64,000 bases of DNA, taken from contig OZ237767.1 of the NCBI GenBank assembly GCA_965178125.1, positions 248,001 to 312,000 on the forward strand. Direction: 5' to 3'. Made by a program: the position numbers and the translations under genes. Below the pieces are notes generated by a model. That model searched no databases and was not told where the DNA came from. It was given only the letters and a program-made list of their open reading frames with translations. Shown piece by piece: positions 13,078 to 27,473 of this stretch. This stretch comes from Bilabrum cf. latius. Taxonomy: Eukaryota. Within the stretch, counting starts at the first letter, position 1. Each line of letters begins with the position of its first letter.

Positions 13078-16000
13078 ATGGAGCACACACCGGTACAAAG
13101 CAATCGCTCACCAAGTGCTGTATCGTACGTGGGCCAAGGCCTTGGATACATTTGGTGGTGTAACTCTTTGGCATGCAATGTCTTGTTGCGCATTCTTTAT
13201 GCGGGCGTGGTGTGCGCAGTCTTAATCTGCTCATCGCTGGCCGCTGCAACGGCATGTTACGCAGTCGCGTATTACTTGACCGTTCCAAAGCTCTTGCATT
13301 AGTTTGAAGTGGAGCTACAAGCCATGCCAGACCTACATAATGAGGCGCAGGCATGCTCCGATGCCTCTTGGCTGTACCAGAGCACATTCGCCGCGGTTGC
13401 GAAATAGTCCCACAGCGAAGCCTTCATGGTGGGACTGGCTGCTCACGCAGCTAGTTCACCGTCCGATGATCTGGTGGCTATGGATAAAACCCCCAGCGGT
13501 AGTGAAACTTTGCACCGGTAGTTGCAAGAGCCCGGCAGCACGCTCGGCTCCATCGAGGCGGCCGCACTTGCTCGCATCGGTACAGGCGCGCCGTACGGAA
13601 ACCCGCCGAGTATGCTCCGGTCCGCAGTAGCACCGGCACTACCCAAGTGCCTTGCCATCGCGAGCAGAGAATCAGCCCGACGAGGCTTCGAGGCGGGCGT
13701 GGCCCGAGCCAAGGATCGATCCAGTAGCGAGTGGCAAAGGCACGGAGCAGGGAGGCTGCTGCACCCAAGGCGCTCGCAACACCAGCAACTGAATCAGCAG
13801 CAACTGAATCAGCAGCACCTAAATCAGCAGCGACTTGGCGAGTCGCGGACAGCTCCCGCCTTGGATACACGAACCTCAATGGTGGACAGGGGGCAGAGGC
13901 CACAGCCAACATCAGCATCTGCCGATGGCACGCCGGAGAAAAGAGAAGGAGAAGGGGCAGCGCCGCTGCGGCAAGAGGCCAGCCAAAGCATTGAAGCTTC
14001 GAAGCTGCAGCGCGGTCCGCCTCTTGGTATGGATTCGGCCGATATGACGCCTCAGACGCAGCTGCACGACACCGAAGGCTCAAGTGACAACCAGACGGAG
14101 GTATGGCGCTGTGGACCGGGGCCGTCAGTGTCCGCACAAACCTAGGGGTTGAGGACGGAGGCATGCCGATCCGAGAGGGCGATAGGATCCATGCAGGACC
14201 AACCTAGCGGTAGCGATGAAGGCCGCGCGGCAGATTCCGAGCAGGACAGCCATGCGCTTGGCGGTGAGGGCGATGAAGTTGAATCGGGTCGCACTGGTTT
14301 CAGTTGGAAAAAGCTGGGTCCGCGGGCAATGGATGCTGCAGCTGCCATAGGAGGAAGCATATGGCGGGCCCTAGCACAGCTGGCTACGGCATTAGGATGG
14401 GTCCTCACCGGAAGTGCGCACGTGCTGTGGGTCTTTGGCTCTTGGCTTTGGCACGCTCTGAGCTGGATGTTTCGGTGGATAGGCAGCGTCGCTGGGAGCC
14501 TCCTTGGGCTTGTGGTCCGCTGGAATGACAGCTACCCGCCCATGGACCTGGGACTCGACGAAGCTGCAGTGCACGGTGGTGCTGCAGGGGAGCACGCTGC
14601 CGCGGCCGGCCCCGCGGCATCGCCGGCTGTGAGCGGCGAGGAGGTCTTCGCGGCTGCTGCGCTCTTCGCACCCGCCGGCTCGCTGAGCGCTCTGGTTCCG
14701 CTAAGGCAGGGAGGCGCCGCGCATGGAGCTGGGTTTGAGCCGACACCGCTGATTGGCGGCGATGCAGCGCGATTCCGGGATGGCGTGCTGGTGGAGAACC
14801 AGCCGTACGACGTCAGTGTCGTCCTGTGGGTGCAGTCATACGATGCCGTGGAGGGGGGGGCCGACAGTACCATGGGCCATGCAGGGGGGTAGTACAACCA
14901 GTTTGGGGGCGGCGGAGTTTCGGCGGGTGGTGCGAGTGACGGACCGTCTCACTGGGGTGATTCAGGCGGGTATCATCCGCCAAGAGGCCAGTGGGGCGGA
15001 TACCAGGCGCATGGCGGGGGCTTCGTCGTGCAGGTGGAGCTGCTTGACACGAGAGGCAGGATCGTGGGTCGGTGTAGCCAGCGAGTGGTGGTCCCCAAGG
15101 AGTGGTTTCTGGTGAGGGTGGTCAAACAGGCCGTGCTGCTCGTCCCCATGGTGCTTGGCGTGGTGGAGGACAGCGGCAGGCGGATCGAGGTCAGCTGCAT
15201 GGAGAACGTGCAGGCGTCGGGGGGGAGTGGCGGGGGGGGTGCTGCCGCCGGGTATGCTCGTGTGAGCGTGTCCCGGCCAGACGTGGCCATTGTGGGCTCC
15301 TTTGTGGAAGCAAGGGCGAGGCTCTCTGGTCTGCAGTGGATGATGCACGAGTGGTTCGTTGCATCGTTCCTCTTCGGGGTGTTTCAGTTCGCGTCTTGCT
15401 TTGCTTGCGTGGGCTGCGTCGGGTGCGCGTATGCGCACGCAATTCTGGTGCCCATGGCGGGTCAGACATTCTTGCCTGATGAGCTTAGTCAGCTTGCGGG
15501 CGGGGATCCCGGGGGCTCTGGCGGGTTCAGTTTTGTTGGGGGAGGGGGTCGCTCCACAGATGGCGGGGGGTTTGCGGGTCGCTTACGGCGGGGCGGGGAC
15601 AGTGGCTCTGCTGGCGAACGTTCGGTGGGCCTACGTGATAGGCTGTTATCCGACTCAGGGTTGCACTGGGAGGCTGGCAGTGACTCAGGCGGAGAGGGGC
15701 AAGGTGCAGACGATGTTCCGTCAGGGAGCATGGGCAGGACCAGGGGCGGGGGCAGGGGGGGGAGGAGGGGGCGAGGTGGAGCGAGCAGTGGTAGTGATGC
15801 AGGGAGGGTGGATCCATGGGAGCTTCCGCCGGATGATGACGAAGCTGGGCTGATAGGCGAGGAAGATGACAAGGAAGGGGAAAGTGAAGAAGAAGAAGAA
15901 GAAGAAGAAGAAGAAGAAGAAGAAGAAGAAGAAAGGGGGGTGCGGGGCTGGAGTGGCGGGCAGCGGGCAAGCGGCGGTCGCACCACTGGCAGCGATGCAA

Positions 16001-16242
16001 TTTCCGGTGAAGGGACTGTGCGTTGGTCGGGTGCATCGCGTGGTGATGCTTCGGGTGCGGATCCGGGGGCTGATACCACTCGGGCTGAGCTGCCGGGCAC
16101 TGAGCTTCTGGTTGGGCTGTAGACGGTGGACGAGGACCGCGCGGCTGACCGCGGAGGGGTTGAAGGAGAAGGTTCCATGGTGCAAGATGACTCGGATGGA
16201 TCGGATAAGGAGCAGGACGAAGAGGCGGCATTAGGCGTGTGA
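13078..16242 (+). CDS. Seipin-family protein with long low-complexity insertions (~1054 aa)
   Basis: One frame from ATG 13078 to TGA 16240-16242 with 6 in-frame TAGs (13300, 13405, 13519, 14143, 14890, 16120). N-terminal TM LLRILYAGVVCAVLICSSLAAATACYAVAYYLTVP; seipin-like motifs QPYDVSVVLWV, FVVQVELLD, VPMVLGVVEDS, ARLSGLQWMMHEWFVASFLFG. Confidence 0.8.
15886..15933 (+). repeat. (GAA)16 coding microsatellite, poly-Glu in seipin tail
   Basis: Perfect GAA tandem seen directly. Confidence 0.95.
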
Positions 16243-16387
16243 AGCGATGCCGTTCTGTCCCCTTTCGAAAGCGGTTCCGGTCTTCAGACGACAAACAGTC
16301 CGCACCCGTTTGAGCGCAAAAGGAGTCGCTAGTTGGACAATGCGTGGCAACTGAATAGCTCAATTCGTTAGAAGATACATTGCTCCC

Positions 16388-19300
16388 ATGTCATAGCCGG
16401 CCGCTGGAGCCGGATCGCAGTCCGATGCTACGCCTGAGGGATTCCTTCGGCTCTGCCACGCCATTCAGACTGGTGGGCACGCTGAGGCGCAGGAAAGGTT
16501 GGCCGCCTTGTAGCTACATCCTGATGCAATGAAACTAGCTAGGGCGATTTTAGGTGAGATGGAGGTGACGCTTGTTGCTCCTAACCTGAACGTAGTTGTA
16601 GCATGGTTCCATCGATACAACGATGCATCGTCGCGCCTCCGCAGAGCGAAAATGTGACCCGAATGTGCACGTCATGGCGGCTGTACTGCTGCGAGAAGCT
16701 GCCCTCCGGCGGTGGTCGAGCCTGCCGGTGGCAGCCCACCAGGACCTCAGGTCGTGGGCGGTTCGAACGATCGCCACCAACCCCGCTGGCCTGGACCCCA
16801 AGAGCATCCGACAGGTCATCGGCGTGCTCGCACGCTTCTGGAAGCGCGCATGGCTCGCAGAATCGCCTGCTGCTCGCGCTGTCGTGTTTCAGCACGCAGG
16901 CAAGCTGCTCCGCGACGGGAGCGATCACAGGCAGCAGGCGGGCGCGCACCTGCTCGACTCTTTGCTCGGCGAATTTTCGAGCGCATCGGCGGGCGGCGGC
17001 GGCTCCGGCATGCCGTTTGAGTTCCACGCTAAGAGCGCGGCGGCGTTTGAGACGGACGGCCTGGGCCAGGCCTTTGATCTGGCTGTGGCGGCGCTGGCTG
17101 CTCTTGGCAAGCCACTCGCCGACCGCCTCAGGCCGCCCACCGGTTCCGCAGGCGCCGCGCATCGGGTCGGGTACCAGAGCAGGAGGGTCCCCGGCGGAGT
17201 GTCCCCGGCGTCGGTTGCAACCGTGTCGCTGCTGCTCCGATCGGTTGAGGCATGCCTCGACTGGAGGTTCGGATCCACGAGGCAGCACCTCGCCGCGGGC
17301 GGGGGCAGCGGAACCGGCGCCGCGATGGACGGGACGGACGAGTCGAGTCGTCTGCTGCGCCCCCCCACCGCCTGGAGGGACCGGATCACCGCCGCCGCGC
17401 TACCCCGCGTCCTCCTCGAGCTGCACTTCCGGTCTAGGCACGTCCTCGGTCTCGCCGTCCCGCGCATCGCACTGCGGTGCCTGACTCTGCTGTGCGGCCT
17501 CGCCGGTCCCTGCATCGAGGCACCCGCGGCCAGGGAACAGCACGCCAGGGGCTGCTGCACCGCCGTGCTGCGGCTGCTGCAAGACCCGCTGAGCCAGGCG
17601 GCGGAGCGGGAGGGCGGTGTGACGAGCGCGCAGCAGGTGTTTGGGGAGCCCTCCGTGGCCGAGTCCCACTGGTCCTATCGATCGGAGGCGTGCCTCGCGG
17701 CGGTGAAGCTGGTCGCAGGATCCGGAGCCGATGCGGTGCTCCGTACCGAGCAGGGGAGGGCGCTGCTTGCGACCATGGGTAAAGTATCAGTTGAACTGCA
17801 GGGGGAGCTGGTTGACTGCTCCAGGCACGCACTGGTGCTCGCATAGCGCCGGGCCATCCTCGAGAGTGGTGGTCGTGTTCCGCCTTTGGACACCCCCTCT
17901 AGAGCAGGCCTGCCCGCGTCCGGCAAAGACGAGGTGGCTTCCGTTGCGGACGCGGTGAAGCCCAGGGAGCTGCCCGCCAGTTTGACCACCCAAGCCTTGG
18001 TGGGAGGTGCCACCTCACCGAGTGCAGCCGCCTCCTCCTCCTCCTCCGGCGCATCCCCCGCCCCACTCGTCATACCCCCGGGCACGGACGAGGAACTCGC
18101 GGGCGACCTTCTCTAGCAATAGGCAGCCAACGCAAGGGAGTGCTCGGACAGGGCACTGCAGATGCTCGTCACATGCGTGGATCAGCACGCGGGGGCTGTA
18201 CGGGAGCGCATGTACGAAGAGTCCATGCGTGGCGGGGGCGGTGCAGGGGCCGTGTCCCGAACCCCGTTCGGTGGAGCGTCAAGCTGGGCAGGAGCATCAG
18301 CACCTGCACCGGCACCGGCTGGTCCGCCGTCCGAGCAGCAGGTGTGGGTGGCCGCCGTCAGAGATCCAGCCTTCACGGTGCTCGGCCAGGCTTCCGAGGC
18401 TCTGTGCGACGCCTACATGCGTGGCAAATTGCAGAGCTGCGCTTTGAACATGCGGGCGTCCATCGACGACAGCACGCCATATGAGGACCCCACAGAGGAG
18501 AGAGAGGAGCTCGAGAACTTCGCGGCGCTGGCCCGGGCGACCGCACCCGTCACCCTGCGGACATTGTGTTTCCTGATCGAGGCCGCGAGAGGGCGGCTGT
18601 AGCGGGCTGCCGGTGAGGCGGCCCGGGCGGCACAGAGCGGGTCTGGCGGCGCGGGTGCTGGTGCGGGAGCTGCCGGAGGGGGGAGCGGACCCACTGCAGA
18701 GGGCAGGGCGCGGGAGTCTCTGGAGCTGGACGTGGTGCACGAGAGCCTGTACTGGCTGCTGTCCATGGCGGGTCACGCTCTCGCTGACGACGACGGGCAC
18801 TCGTCATCATCGTTGTCGGCCGCTCGCGGGGAGGTCCCACCTCTGCTGAACGCACTGTCGAGTCAGGCGGCCAAGCGATGCAAGGCAGAGGCAAAGAGGA
18901 AGGCGGGGCAAGGGGCCCACCCGCGGTCCTACGGGCCGCAGGCCGAGAGAGACGCGGTTGCAACCGATCCGGTCGTGAGGCTGGTCGTGCTGTCCCTAGC
19001 GGTGACGTGTGACGAGTGCAAACGGGCGGGGCAGGGCGGTGCGGCGCAGGCGTTCGCGAGCCCCGTCCTTGCCGCCCGGTCGCTTTGGTTCTTGAGGCGT
19101 TGGTTCGGTGCGTACGCGTGCTCCGAGTCGGACGGGACGAGGCGTCGGTCCAGTCAGGAATCGAGCACGCTGCACGGTCTCTACGTTGCCGAGGAGCGGG
19201 AGGGTGAGGGGCCCCTGGGCACGCCTGCAGGAGCGAGGTCCGTGGTGTCATTCCTGGTGCGGGCCGCGGGCGTGGCTGCTTCGAGGTGGTGCGCGGAGGA

Positions 19301-20795
19301 AGAGGTGGTGGAGGAGGCAGTTGCTCTGCTCAAGTTGGTCGCAAGGGACGAGAGAGCCGGTGCGATCGCAGTGACTCGCCCGGAGTGGACCCAGCTCGTG
19401 CGGGCCACGTCAGCCATGGTGCGCGGCGGCATCGTCTCCGGTGGGGGCGCTGGCGGTGCACCAGGCGCCCCGCCGGCCGTCTTGAGCGGACTGCGAGGAC
19501 TGACACCAGAAGATCAGGGCGAGCTGCTCGCGGCAGTGGCCTCTGCGTCAGTCCACGTGGATCCGAGTCAGGCAGGCGCCTACCTCGGGCAGCTGCTGGG
19601 TCCGCTTGATGCGCAGATGAAGAAGGTCTGCAGCGAGGGTTACCTCAGGGGGGCCTTTGGGGGCGACGGGGGGCCGCTGGTCGAGCTGCACAGGGTGGTC
19701 AAACTGGCCATCGCGGTGGCGCGGGAGATCGGCGGGAAGCTCCGCAGCGAGCACTAGTCACACCTCGTGAACTGGGTGGGCGGGACGCTCGCTGTGATGA
19801 GAGCCAGCGCGGGGGCAGCTGCGGCGAGCTCGTATGATTCTGCGGATCTAGCTCTATCGTACTCTCACGAGTTGATCCGCACTGCGTTCGTGCCTATGGC
19901 GCCCGCCCTTGCCGTTCGTGCCGTTGGTGCGGTGGGGCAGGTCTTTGGGGAGTACGGGCGCGGGTTCCTCCAGCCGCTCGTGGGGTCGACGGGGGGTGCG
20001 GGGGGTCCCGGTGGCAGGCAGGCTGGATTGCTTGCGCGCAGGTTGCTCCGGCCCATGGGTCTTCTGGCTTGCATCGCCGAGCGAGAGGTGCTAGACCTCT
20101 CCTCCGAGGGGACTCCTTAGGAGCAGGAAGCCGCGGTGGAGGCAACCGGAGCGGCACTCCTTGGCGGACTGAGGCTGGTGCTTCCATGCATCGGTCCCAG
20201 TGTGTTGGAGGATGAGGCCACGAGGCAGGCTTTCCTGTCCATGGCGCAGCAGGCGGTAACCAATCACTCGGCGAAGCTGGTAGGCATGCCGCCGGCTGCG
20301 CTCGCCGCGCTCGTTGGAGCCATCGCATCGGCGCTTGCATCGCCGAGGACAGAGCTCGTGTCGAGCGCGATGTCAGCTCTGTACGACCTGGCTGAGTTTC
20401 ATGCGGGGGAGGTCAAGGGTGGTTCTGGGGAGGGTCCGCTTTCGTCACACCTGCGGGCCACGCCCGGGCTGCTGGGGCGACTGGTGGGCCCTGTGCTGGC
20501 TGCCGCCCTCCATCCAAGCCGTGCTACAGTGCTGGGCCCTAGGGCTTCCCAGCTGCTGCTGGCCATTGCTGTGTGCGACCCCGGGGGGTATCGCAAGGCG
20601 ATGGAGTTGGTCGCGCAGGGGTAGGGTTCGCCCACTCTGAGGGACCGTTTCATGCGCTCTGTGGGTAAGCTCATGAGCGGGGGCAGGCTTGGACTGGACA
20701 AGAAGAGCAGGGGAGAGTTCCGTGCTCGGTTCGAGCCGTTCTTGGCCGATGCGATGGGGTACGTGCGGCTGGAAGGAGGGCTTGCTAGGTACTGA
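16388..20795 (+). CDS. XPO4: Exportin-4-like karyopherin (short intron near 16554-16620)
   Basis: ORFs 16623, 17886, 18162, 18732, 19767 and 20136 are all in one frame joined by TAGs; TGA at 20793-20795. XPO4-like motifs ARFWKRAW, ESLYWLLSMAGHALADD, SPVLAARSLWFLRRWFGAY and C-terminal RGEFRARFEPFLADAMGYV. Confidence 0.85.
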
Positions 20796-20986
20796 AGTCG
20801 TAAGGCGCACGCATTCCCCGCTTCAAGCGAGCCTCAGCGCGATGACAAGCAAGCTGCAAGCGCACACTGCAGTTCATGTTCAACTGCACTGCACTGTAGC
20901 ACCCCTTCCGATCGAGATTCATGCCCTGCCACACACACGAAGTCATTACTGATAAGATGCGCATTGCGTCTATTTGATAAATATTG

Positions 20987-23900
20987 ATGGCAACCAAGTT
21001 CAAGTCAGCGCTGCGGGCCGGCAGCGCTTCCGCTGCTGTTGCATTTAGGAAACTACGACCAACGTGGCTACAAGTTGCGTTTGCGGCAGCGGAGCCGGCT
21101 GTTAATCCACAGTTTCTGAAAACGATTGTACAGTCTACTGTATTTCTGTGGCAAGATGTCTCGACAAGAGATGCCCCAGCGCGTCACCTCATGAATTCGA
21201 TCTTGCCGAGGAAGAACAGGCGCGAGCAGCGACCAGGTGAAGTACCTGCATGTAGAGCCTTCACTTACAGTGGGTCATTCACGGGATCAGAAGACGTGCG
21301 CGTTGGCGCGCGATCAGCGCTTGCTGCCCGGAAGCATTGCCGGACTGCTGAGGTGAAGCGAGCTGCAATCTCCATATTGGATCAAGTTGACTTGCCCACA
21401 TACGACCACATTGTTGATCTATGTTAGCTGAAAAGTAAATGCGTTTCTTGCGCGTGCAAAGCCCGCTCGTAGAAGCGCGCCCATTCGTGCGCGTACGCAT
21501 CTTTCGGGAGGTCGCAGCAGCTGCACTTTGCAAGGTCACTGCTGGCCCGGGGCCGATTGAAGCCTAATGCTAAAGGAGACAAGCTCGCTGTCCACACCAG
21601 AGACCAAAAGCGCCTGCTGCGTAATTTGGTCGAGTTTTTGCTGCGCGAGCAGCATGGCAGCTGGATCACGTCACAGATGGGTGAGCAGTCCATCCTCGAG
21701 CACTTGCTCCGGGCAGATCTTGTCAAAGAATCGGCCCAGTTCGTAAAATTCCGCGGCCAGAGCGCTCTAAACTCATACGCTCGAATACGGATCGCTGTCT
21801 TGCAGCAGGCACCCGGGAAAGTGTTTCGAGACGTGCGGCATCTGGTGGCAGCGCAGCGGCAGTTGCTGCTTGCTTCCCCTGCACATGACGAATCAAAACC
21901 AGCTGTAACGAAGATAGTGGCTCTTGGTACTGGATCGAACGCAAGCCAGAAAGAAACCGTACGAGCCTGGATGTAGGACGGCGACCATTATTTTTCTCCC
22001 ATTTCAGGCATGATGAATCAAGCGGAACCGCTCCAGTGCCCGTACTGGCTTCGAGCACAGGCAGCCGCAGCCCCGATGCGATACGCGAGCAGATTGGACT
22101 GCCCTGATCTTCTGATGACAAACTGTCTGCATATGGCTGAGACGATGGGCGGTAGTGGCCTCGTGCAGCAGTCGCCCTCGGAGCACCTGCTCGGGCCTTC
22201 TGACAGTGCTCACTCAAGGCTTCTGCTCGCATTCCTGAGCAGCCCATCGCTATGCACCTGCCAGCTCCAGTCCACGCACGGTGCTGGTGCTCGTCCTCCT
22301 GTAGACGATAGTGAGCATATAGAGGAATGCGCAGGAACCTGCCTGGGTGTCGGAGTTGGCTTGGTGCAGCATGGCAGCAGCGCACCCGCTTCCCCGGGTG
22401 GTGACCCGCCGCACGCAACTGTAGGCTCCTCTGACGAGTTACTACCCGCTGGTGACGATTGGCTGCTGCCAGCATTTGCTCGGAAGCGATACATGGAGGC
22501 TGGACTGCACCCGCTCCCGATCGAGTGCGGGCTGAGGGTGGCCGTGCGGCACGCCCTGGGGATGCTTGTGAGGGCTTTGGATGGAAGTCAGCCAGAGGGT
22601 GATTTCTGGGAGCGATGGAGCGGTGTTGTCGCGTCGGTGTCTTTGTCTGCATCTGCTGGTGTGACAAGTGAGGTAGGTGCCTCCTCTGGCTGTGGGATCA
22701 CAATGGCGTGGATGGCCAGCGGCGCCATTAGGGCCAAGCTACGATTCGTGGTGGAGAGCGGCTACACGATTGCTGGTGCCGATGGTGCCGATGGTGCTGC
22801 ACGATGTGGGGATGGTGACAGCATGGAGGAGGTGCTGACCGCTATTCTACGAGCGTATTTGCCAGCAACGCATCATGCAGCACGGTCGGATTCAAGCGCC
22901 AGCTCCCTTGATGTTCTAGAGCGCGATGCATTGGCATGGGAGCTCATGCAACTTGACAGGGAATACTCGGAAGAATATTGCAGGGAACATACTTCGGAAT
23001 TGAATCATCAGGATGTGCCCAGAGCTGCGCAGCTGGCTCATTTAAAGCGGGGTGCGGATCATTTAAAGGGGGGTGCGGATCAGCCCGGCCGTTGTGAACT
23101 GCCCGCAGTGGAATGGGTCTCAGGACCTGGGCCAGTCTCTCGGCTGGCAGCGTGGCTCGGCTCCGATCGGGTGAGACATCTACCGATCGGATTCGACGGT
23201 GAGTGGGCACCCAGGGGTGTGTTCCTCAGGCATGAGTGGTCGCACGAGGCCGGTCCTACTGCGCTCAGCGTGCTGTCCCTGGCTGTCGGCAGGAGGGTGT
23301 TCCTGGTCGATGTGGACAGCGTGGGGCGTCGGTTGGGAGCATGTGCGAGCGGCTCGTCTGGCGAGCAGGGCAGCAGCGAGCACCCGGTTGCAACCGACCT
23401 GCTCCTGTCCGTGTTCCACCCAGGTAGGCTCTGCTGCGTGGCTTTCTCGGCGGGGGGTGATTTGAGCGCGCTCAGGAAGGCTGTTCCCAAGGCCATCCGG
23501 GCCGTGGAAATCGGCGAGGGCGAGGACAAGCAGAGGCACAGGGGCGATTTGGATGATGATCCGAAATTGGCCGATGGTGATACGCAGCACACCGACACGC
23601 CGGTGCTAGCCGGCAGCCGTGGACTGCAGGACAGCACCACCAGAAAGTATCCTGCGGCATCCAAAGAAAGCATGGTTGGCCATGGCTTGGATGACGAGTG
23701 CGTCTAGGCCGCCGGCCGTCTGCTGGGGCCACAGGGCCGGCGCTGGAGGCTGGTGGACCTGGCGCCGCGCAGTTCGTTTGCGGAACCTGCTAGGAGTCGC
23801 TGGGCGGAGGCCGAGGGGCTGACCGAGCCTTCTGGCGTTAGCCAGGCCCGTGGGGCCCAGTCTCTTCGCGCGGTGGTGCATCGCGTGCTGGGCCGTGCGC

Positions 23901-24040
23901 TGGACAAGCATTGGACCTCGAGTGACTGGGCCAGGCGGCCGCTGCTGAGGGAGCAGGCCGAGTATGCCGCGATGGACTCGTGGGTGCTTCTGCAGCTGGT
24001 GGAGAGGGCATTTGGAGCAAAACATACGCCCAGTGAATGA
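20987..24040 (+). CDS. DEDDy 3'-5' exonuclease, EXD3/mut-7-like (possible 5' introns)
   Basis: IGFDGEW (ExoI), FSAGGDL (ExoII), SLRAVVHRVLGRALDKHWTSSDWARRPLLREQAEYAAMDSWVLL (ExoIII). The domain spans a TAG at 23705; stop TGA 24038-24040. Confidence 0.8.
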
Positions 24041-24099
24041 TGACTGCGACAGAACAACCAGATGGTGCGATCATTCGAATGATGTGTGCGGCAGCTGCA

Positions 24100-27000
24100 C
24101 TGCCTTGTAGCACGCCCTTGACCACGTCGGCAGTCAGTCTAGCCAGCATGCTAAGGAGCTCGATCACAAGATTGATTCGTCCCATCGCACGTACTTCGTT
24201 TAGGTAGCTGGCGACTGACACAAAGAAAGCGAGACCGAAAAGGTACGGACAGGCCTTGTACGAAGAGAAGGTTAGCAAAGGCTACAAGCGATTCCTGGTG
24301 CTATTCTATTTTACGTCGCCTATAGTTGCGGGCTACTTCGTCATGAAGTATAGTATGAATTTTGCGTAGTCAAAATACCAGTCTGGAATGGAGGACCTGA
24401 TTGAGAAAGCAGAACGTGAGGCGGAGGCCAGGGAGGCACTGAACGAGGTTTCGGGAAGGCGGGAACGAACAAACAGGATAACAGAATTCAGATAGGCAGT
24501 AACTGGTACGTAGGCGAACAGTGCCAGCGGCGACGACTTGCATCGATAGTGACAGTTTGTATCTGCTCGTGCATCCAACCAACATACGGCAAAGAGGCGC
24601 TGCTAAGCGTAGCATGCCTGGCAATAAGTCGCGCGTAAAAGCGTGCTCCAAGTTGGTTCATATTATTACCACGGGGCTCACGCGCCAGTTTCACCACTCT
24701 GGCAGAGGAATGCCACGCACCAGCCCGGCCAGTGCACCCTCCAAAGAGCTCTGCACCACGTACATGACTACAGCACCCGCCAGCCCGCCCGTCCCCCAGG
24801 CAGCCATCTGCCCGAGCGCAACGGTCATGAACGCCGCCACCCATGCACTCCCTTGGAACAGGGCCGGCCACCCGAGCGCGGCACTGGCAGCTGCCCCAGG
24901 CCACTCCCCTGCCCCAGCCGCCTCCCTCGAGAGCTGACGCCGTGACAGGCCCAGGTGCACCGCACTGCCGCTCTATCCCTCGATTTCTTCTCCATCTTCT
25001 GACACCCGCACCGGTCTGTACCCCAGCGAACATTCGCCGGAGGTTCCCTCGGCTAGCAGAGCCACGGCCAGAGACCGGACGGGTGCCAGCACCCCCACGA
25101 CTGACAGGAAAGCGATGGCAGCCCAGTCGGCAGCGCCAACTGGGGGCCGTACGGCCGGAAGGGGGCGTGTGACGAGTGGTCTTGTGCGGGTGGGCCGTGC
25201 GTTCGAACTTGCTGCAGCTCGCTTCGGCTGATCTACGCTCTCACGGCCACGGCCATGGTCACGCCGCTGCGTTGCCTATCCCGTCTCATCCTCATCCAAT
25301 GTATCCTCATCCTCATCCTCATCCTAGTCCTCCTGATCTTCTTCCTCTCCCGATTTCAGTTCCTCTTCTTCCCCCTCGGGGCCTTCCCCGCGCCCAATAG
25401 CCTGTCCATCACCCCGCGCCCTGCCCCCACCAGGACTCGCGCGCTTGCCCCCGGCAGTGAAGCTCACCTCGAGCGACTCCATCGTTGGTATGGGTGTGAC
25501 GAGCCAGCTCTGCACGCTCTGCACCGCACACCCGCAGACTGGCCGCAGAGGATACGCTGCTCGCGACATGCCGACGGTCCAACTCTCCGCAGCATTGGCA
25601 GTGCTATTATTTCCAGGCATGCCGCTCTCTGCCAGTGCGCCTCCGCCTCCACCCCCAGGCTACACACTGGGTCCCTGGCTGTTCCGCCTCCACGCGATCC
25701 ATCGTGCCAGCAAGGATTGGCCCCTGAGCGCGAGGCACTGGCCCTGCAAGCCGTGGATGCTGGTGGTGCTTACCGCCGAAGCACCGGAAGTACCCCCAGG
25801 GGCACGCACCACCCCTTCAATGGATGATGGCTCATTAACCCCAGCCAGGGAACACAGCGAGGACCAATGGTCGGCAGAGTCGGCCCCGACCTCGGCCCCG
25901 ACTGCCCCCCCCTCGGAGCCCAGGCAACACACCTGCCCGAGGGCACCCGCACTCGCCACACCAGTTTCTGCAAGCGGTAGATCAGCCCAATCGGTACTGT
26001 CGCTGTCCATGCCTGTCGAACTACCCGTAGCTGCAATGCCGTGCACCCTGTGACCGAAGCCACCGATGGAGCCCAGGATGTGAGCAGCCATGCCCCGCGC
26101 CCACACGAACCCCGGGCCGTGCATGCAATAGGCCGCAAGGAGCGCGACAACGAAGCCGAGCGCAACCCGGGCGCATCGCATTGCAATGCCGATGGATTCA
26201 CGGGGAGCCTTGGGTGACGATGACAAATCACTCGCACACGGATCACCTCCCCCCTGCTACTGCTGCTGCGCCCCACTGTCTCCCTGCCCGGGCTTATTGC
26301 TCTCCGCTCCTGCATCATCATCACCATGCGAGGCTGCATACCCATCATCACGCGAGGCTGCATACCCATCAGCTGATTCAGTCTGTGCGACCCCTGCCTC
26401 TGTGCCATTACCAGCCACTATTTTGCCAGCCCCTGCCCCGGTCCCCTTGCTCTTCTGCTTGCCCCTCCTGCCCCTCTTGCCACCGTGCTGCACCCTCCGC
26501 CTCCTCAAGTCCTGTGACGACGACGACAAAGACAATGGATTAGAAGAAGATCCCGCGCTGAGAGCCCCTGCTAGGAGCTCCTCTTTTGATGCCTCACGGT
26601 CCTTCTTGCAATTGGAGCTGCCGGTTGTCGGGGCTGCTCCTGCCCTTTCCCTTGCGCCCTTGCCCGACTCCTCCTCGCCACCTGGCTCTTCTGCCGGTGG
26701 CCCGGTCGCTGCAAAGGCGGCAGAGCCGCCAAGCCCTCCTAGCGTAGACTGCGGCAGGAGGCCGCGTGTCGCAAAGCGTGCGAGCACGGCAAGCAGACCG
26801 AGCGCGGCGCCTTTGGCGACTAGTGCAAGCACGCCTTCCAGCAGCTGCATGCTGGCAGCCTGCAGCCTTGTTCCTGCCGGCGGATGCACCCCCATTATGC
26901 GGGATAGCATGTATTGCACACCGAAATCGAAGGCGGGTGGCAGGGAGGCCAGCACCCCAATAGTCTGCTCGTCATTGCTGCCATCGATCCAAAGTCCCCT

Positions 27001-27396
27001 GCCTCCTGGCAGGATTCCATGTTGCGCAGCGGCAGATGAAAGACGTAATAATTCACTGCTGTGCTATGAATAGCCTGTTGAACCATATAATATGGCGAGA
27101 ACCAACGGAATTAAGCCAAATGAGGCGCAAAACAGGATAGCGATTGTCAATGTGGTACCCAAGCGATCTACTTGAAATCCTCCCGAATGATCTAAGAGCC
27201 GTGATACTACTACTAAGCTCGAAATCAGCATAGCAAACCCAACGGAACACACACATATGCGTGCTGCATCACCCAATGGCGAAGTTGTTTCTCCAATAAA
27301 TCCAACAGTCGCTCCAATACTAACTACCACGGGTGATATGCAAACGAGGCTCGTCCCGATTCCAAGTGGTGAAGCAAGGAAATCGTACGATACCAT
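24100..27396 (-). CDS. Hypothetical multi-pass membrane protein (spliced; boundaries approximate)
   Basis: ORFs 26257-26955, 25660-26226, 25324-25620 and 24691-24960 are in frame via TAGs. Several hydrophobic segments separated by acidic/low-complexity loops; no family recognised. Confidence 0.45.
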
Positions 27397-27473
27397 AATT
27401 CAATTGTCAGAAACTTTCGTGCGTGGACGAAGCACCAACTTTGATTCAGGAGTTTTTTTGTAACGTGCGAAAT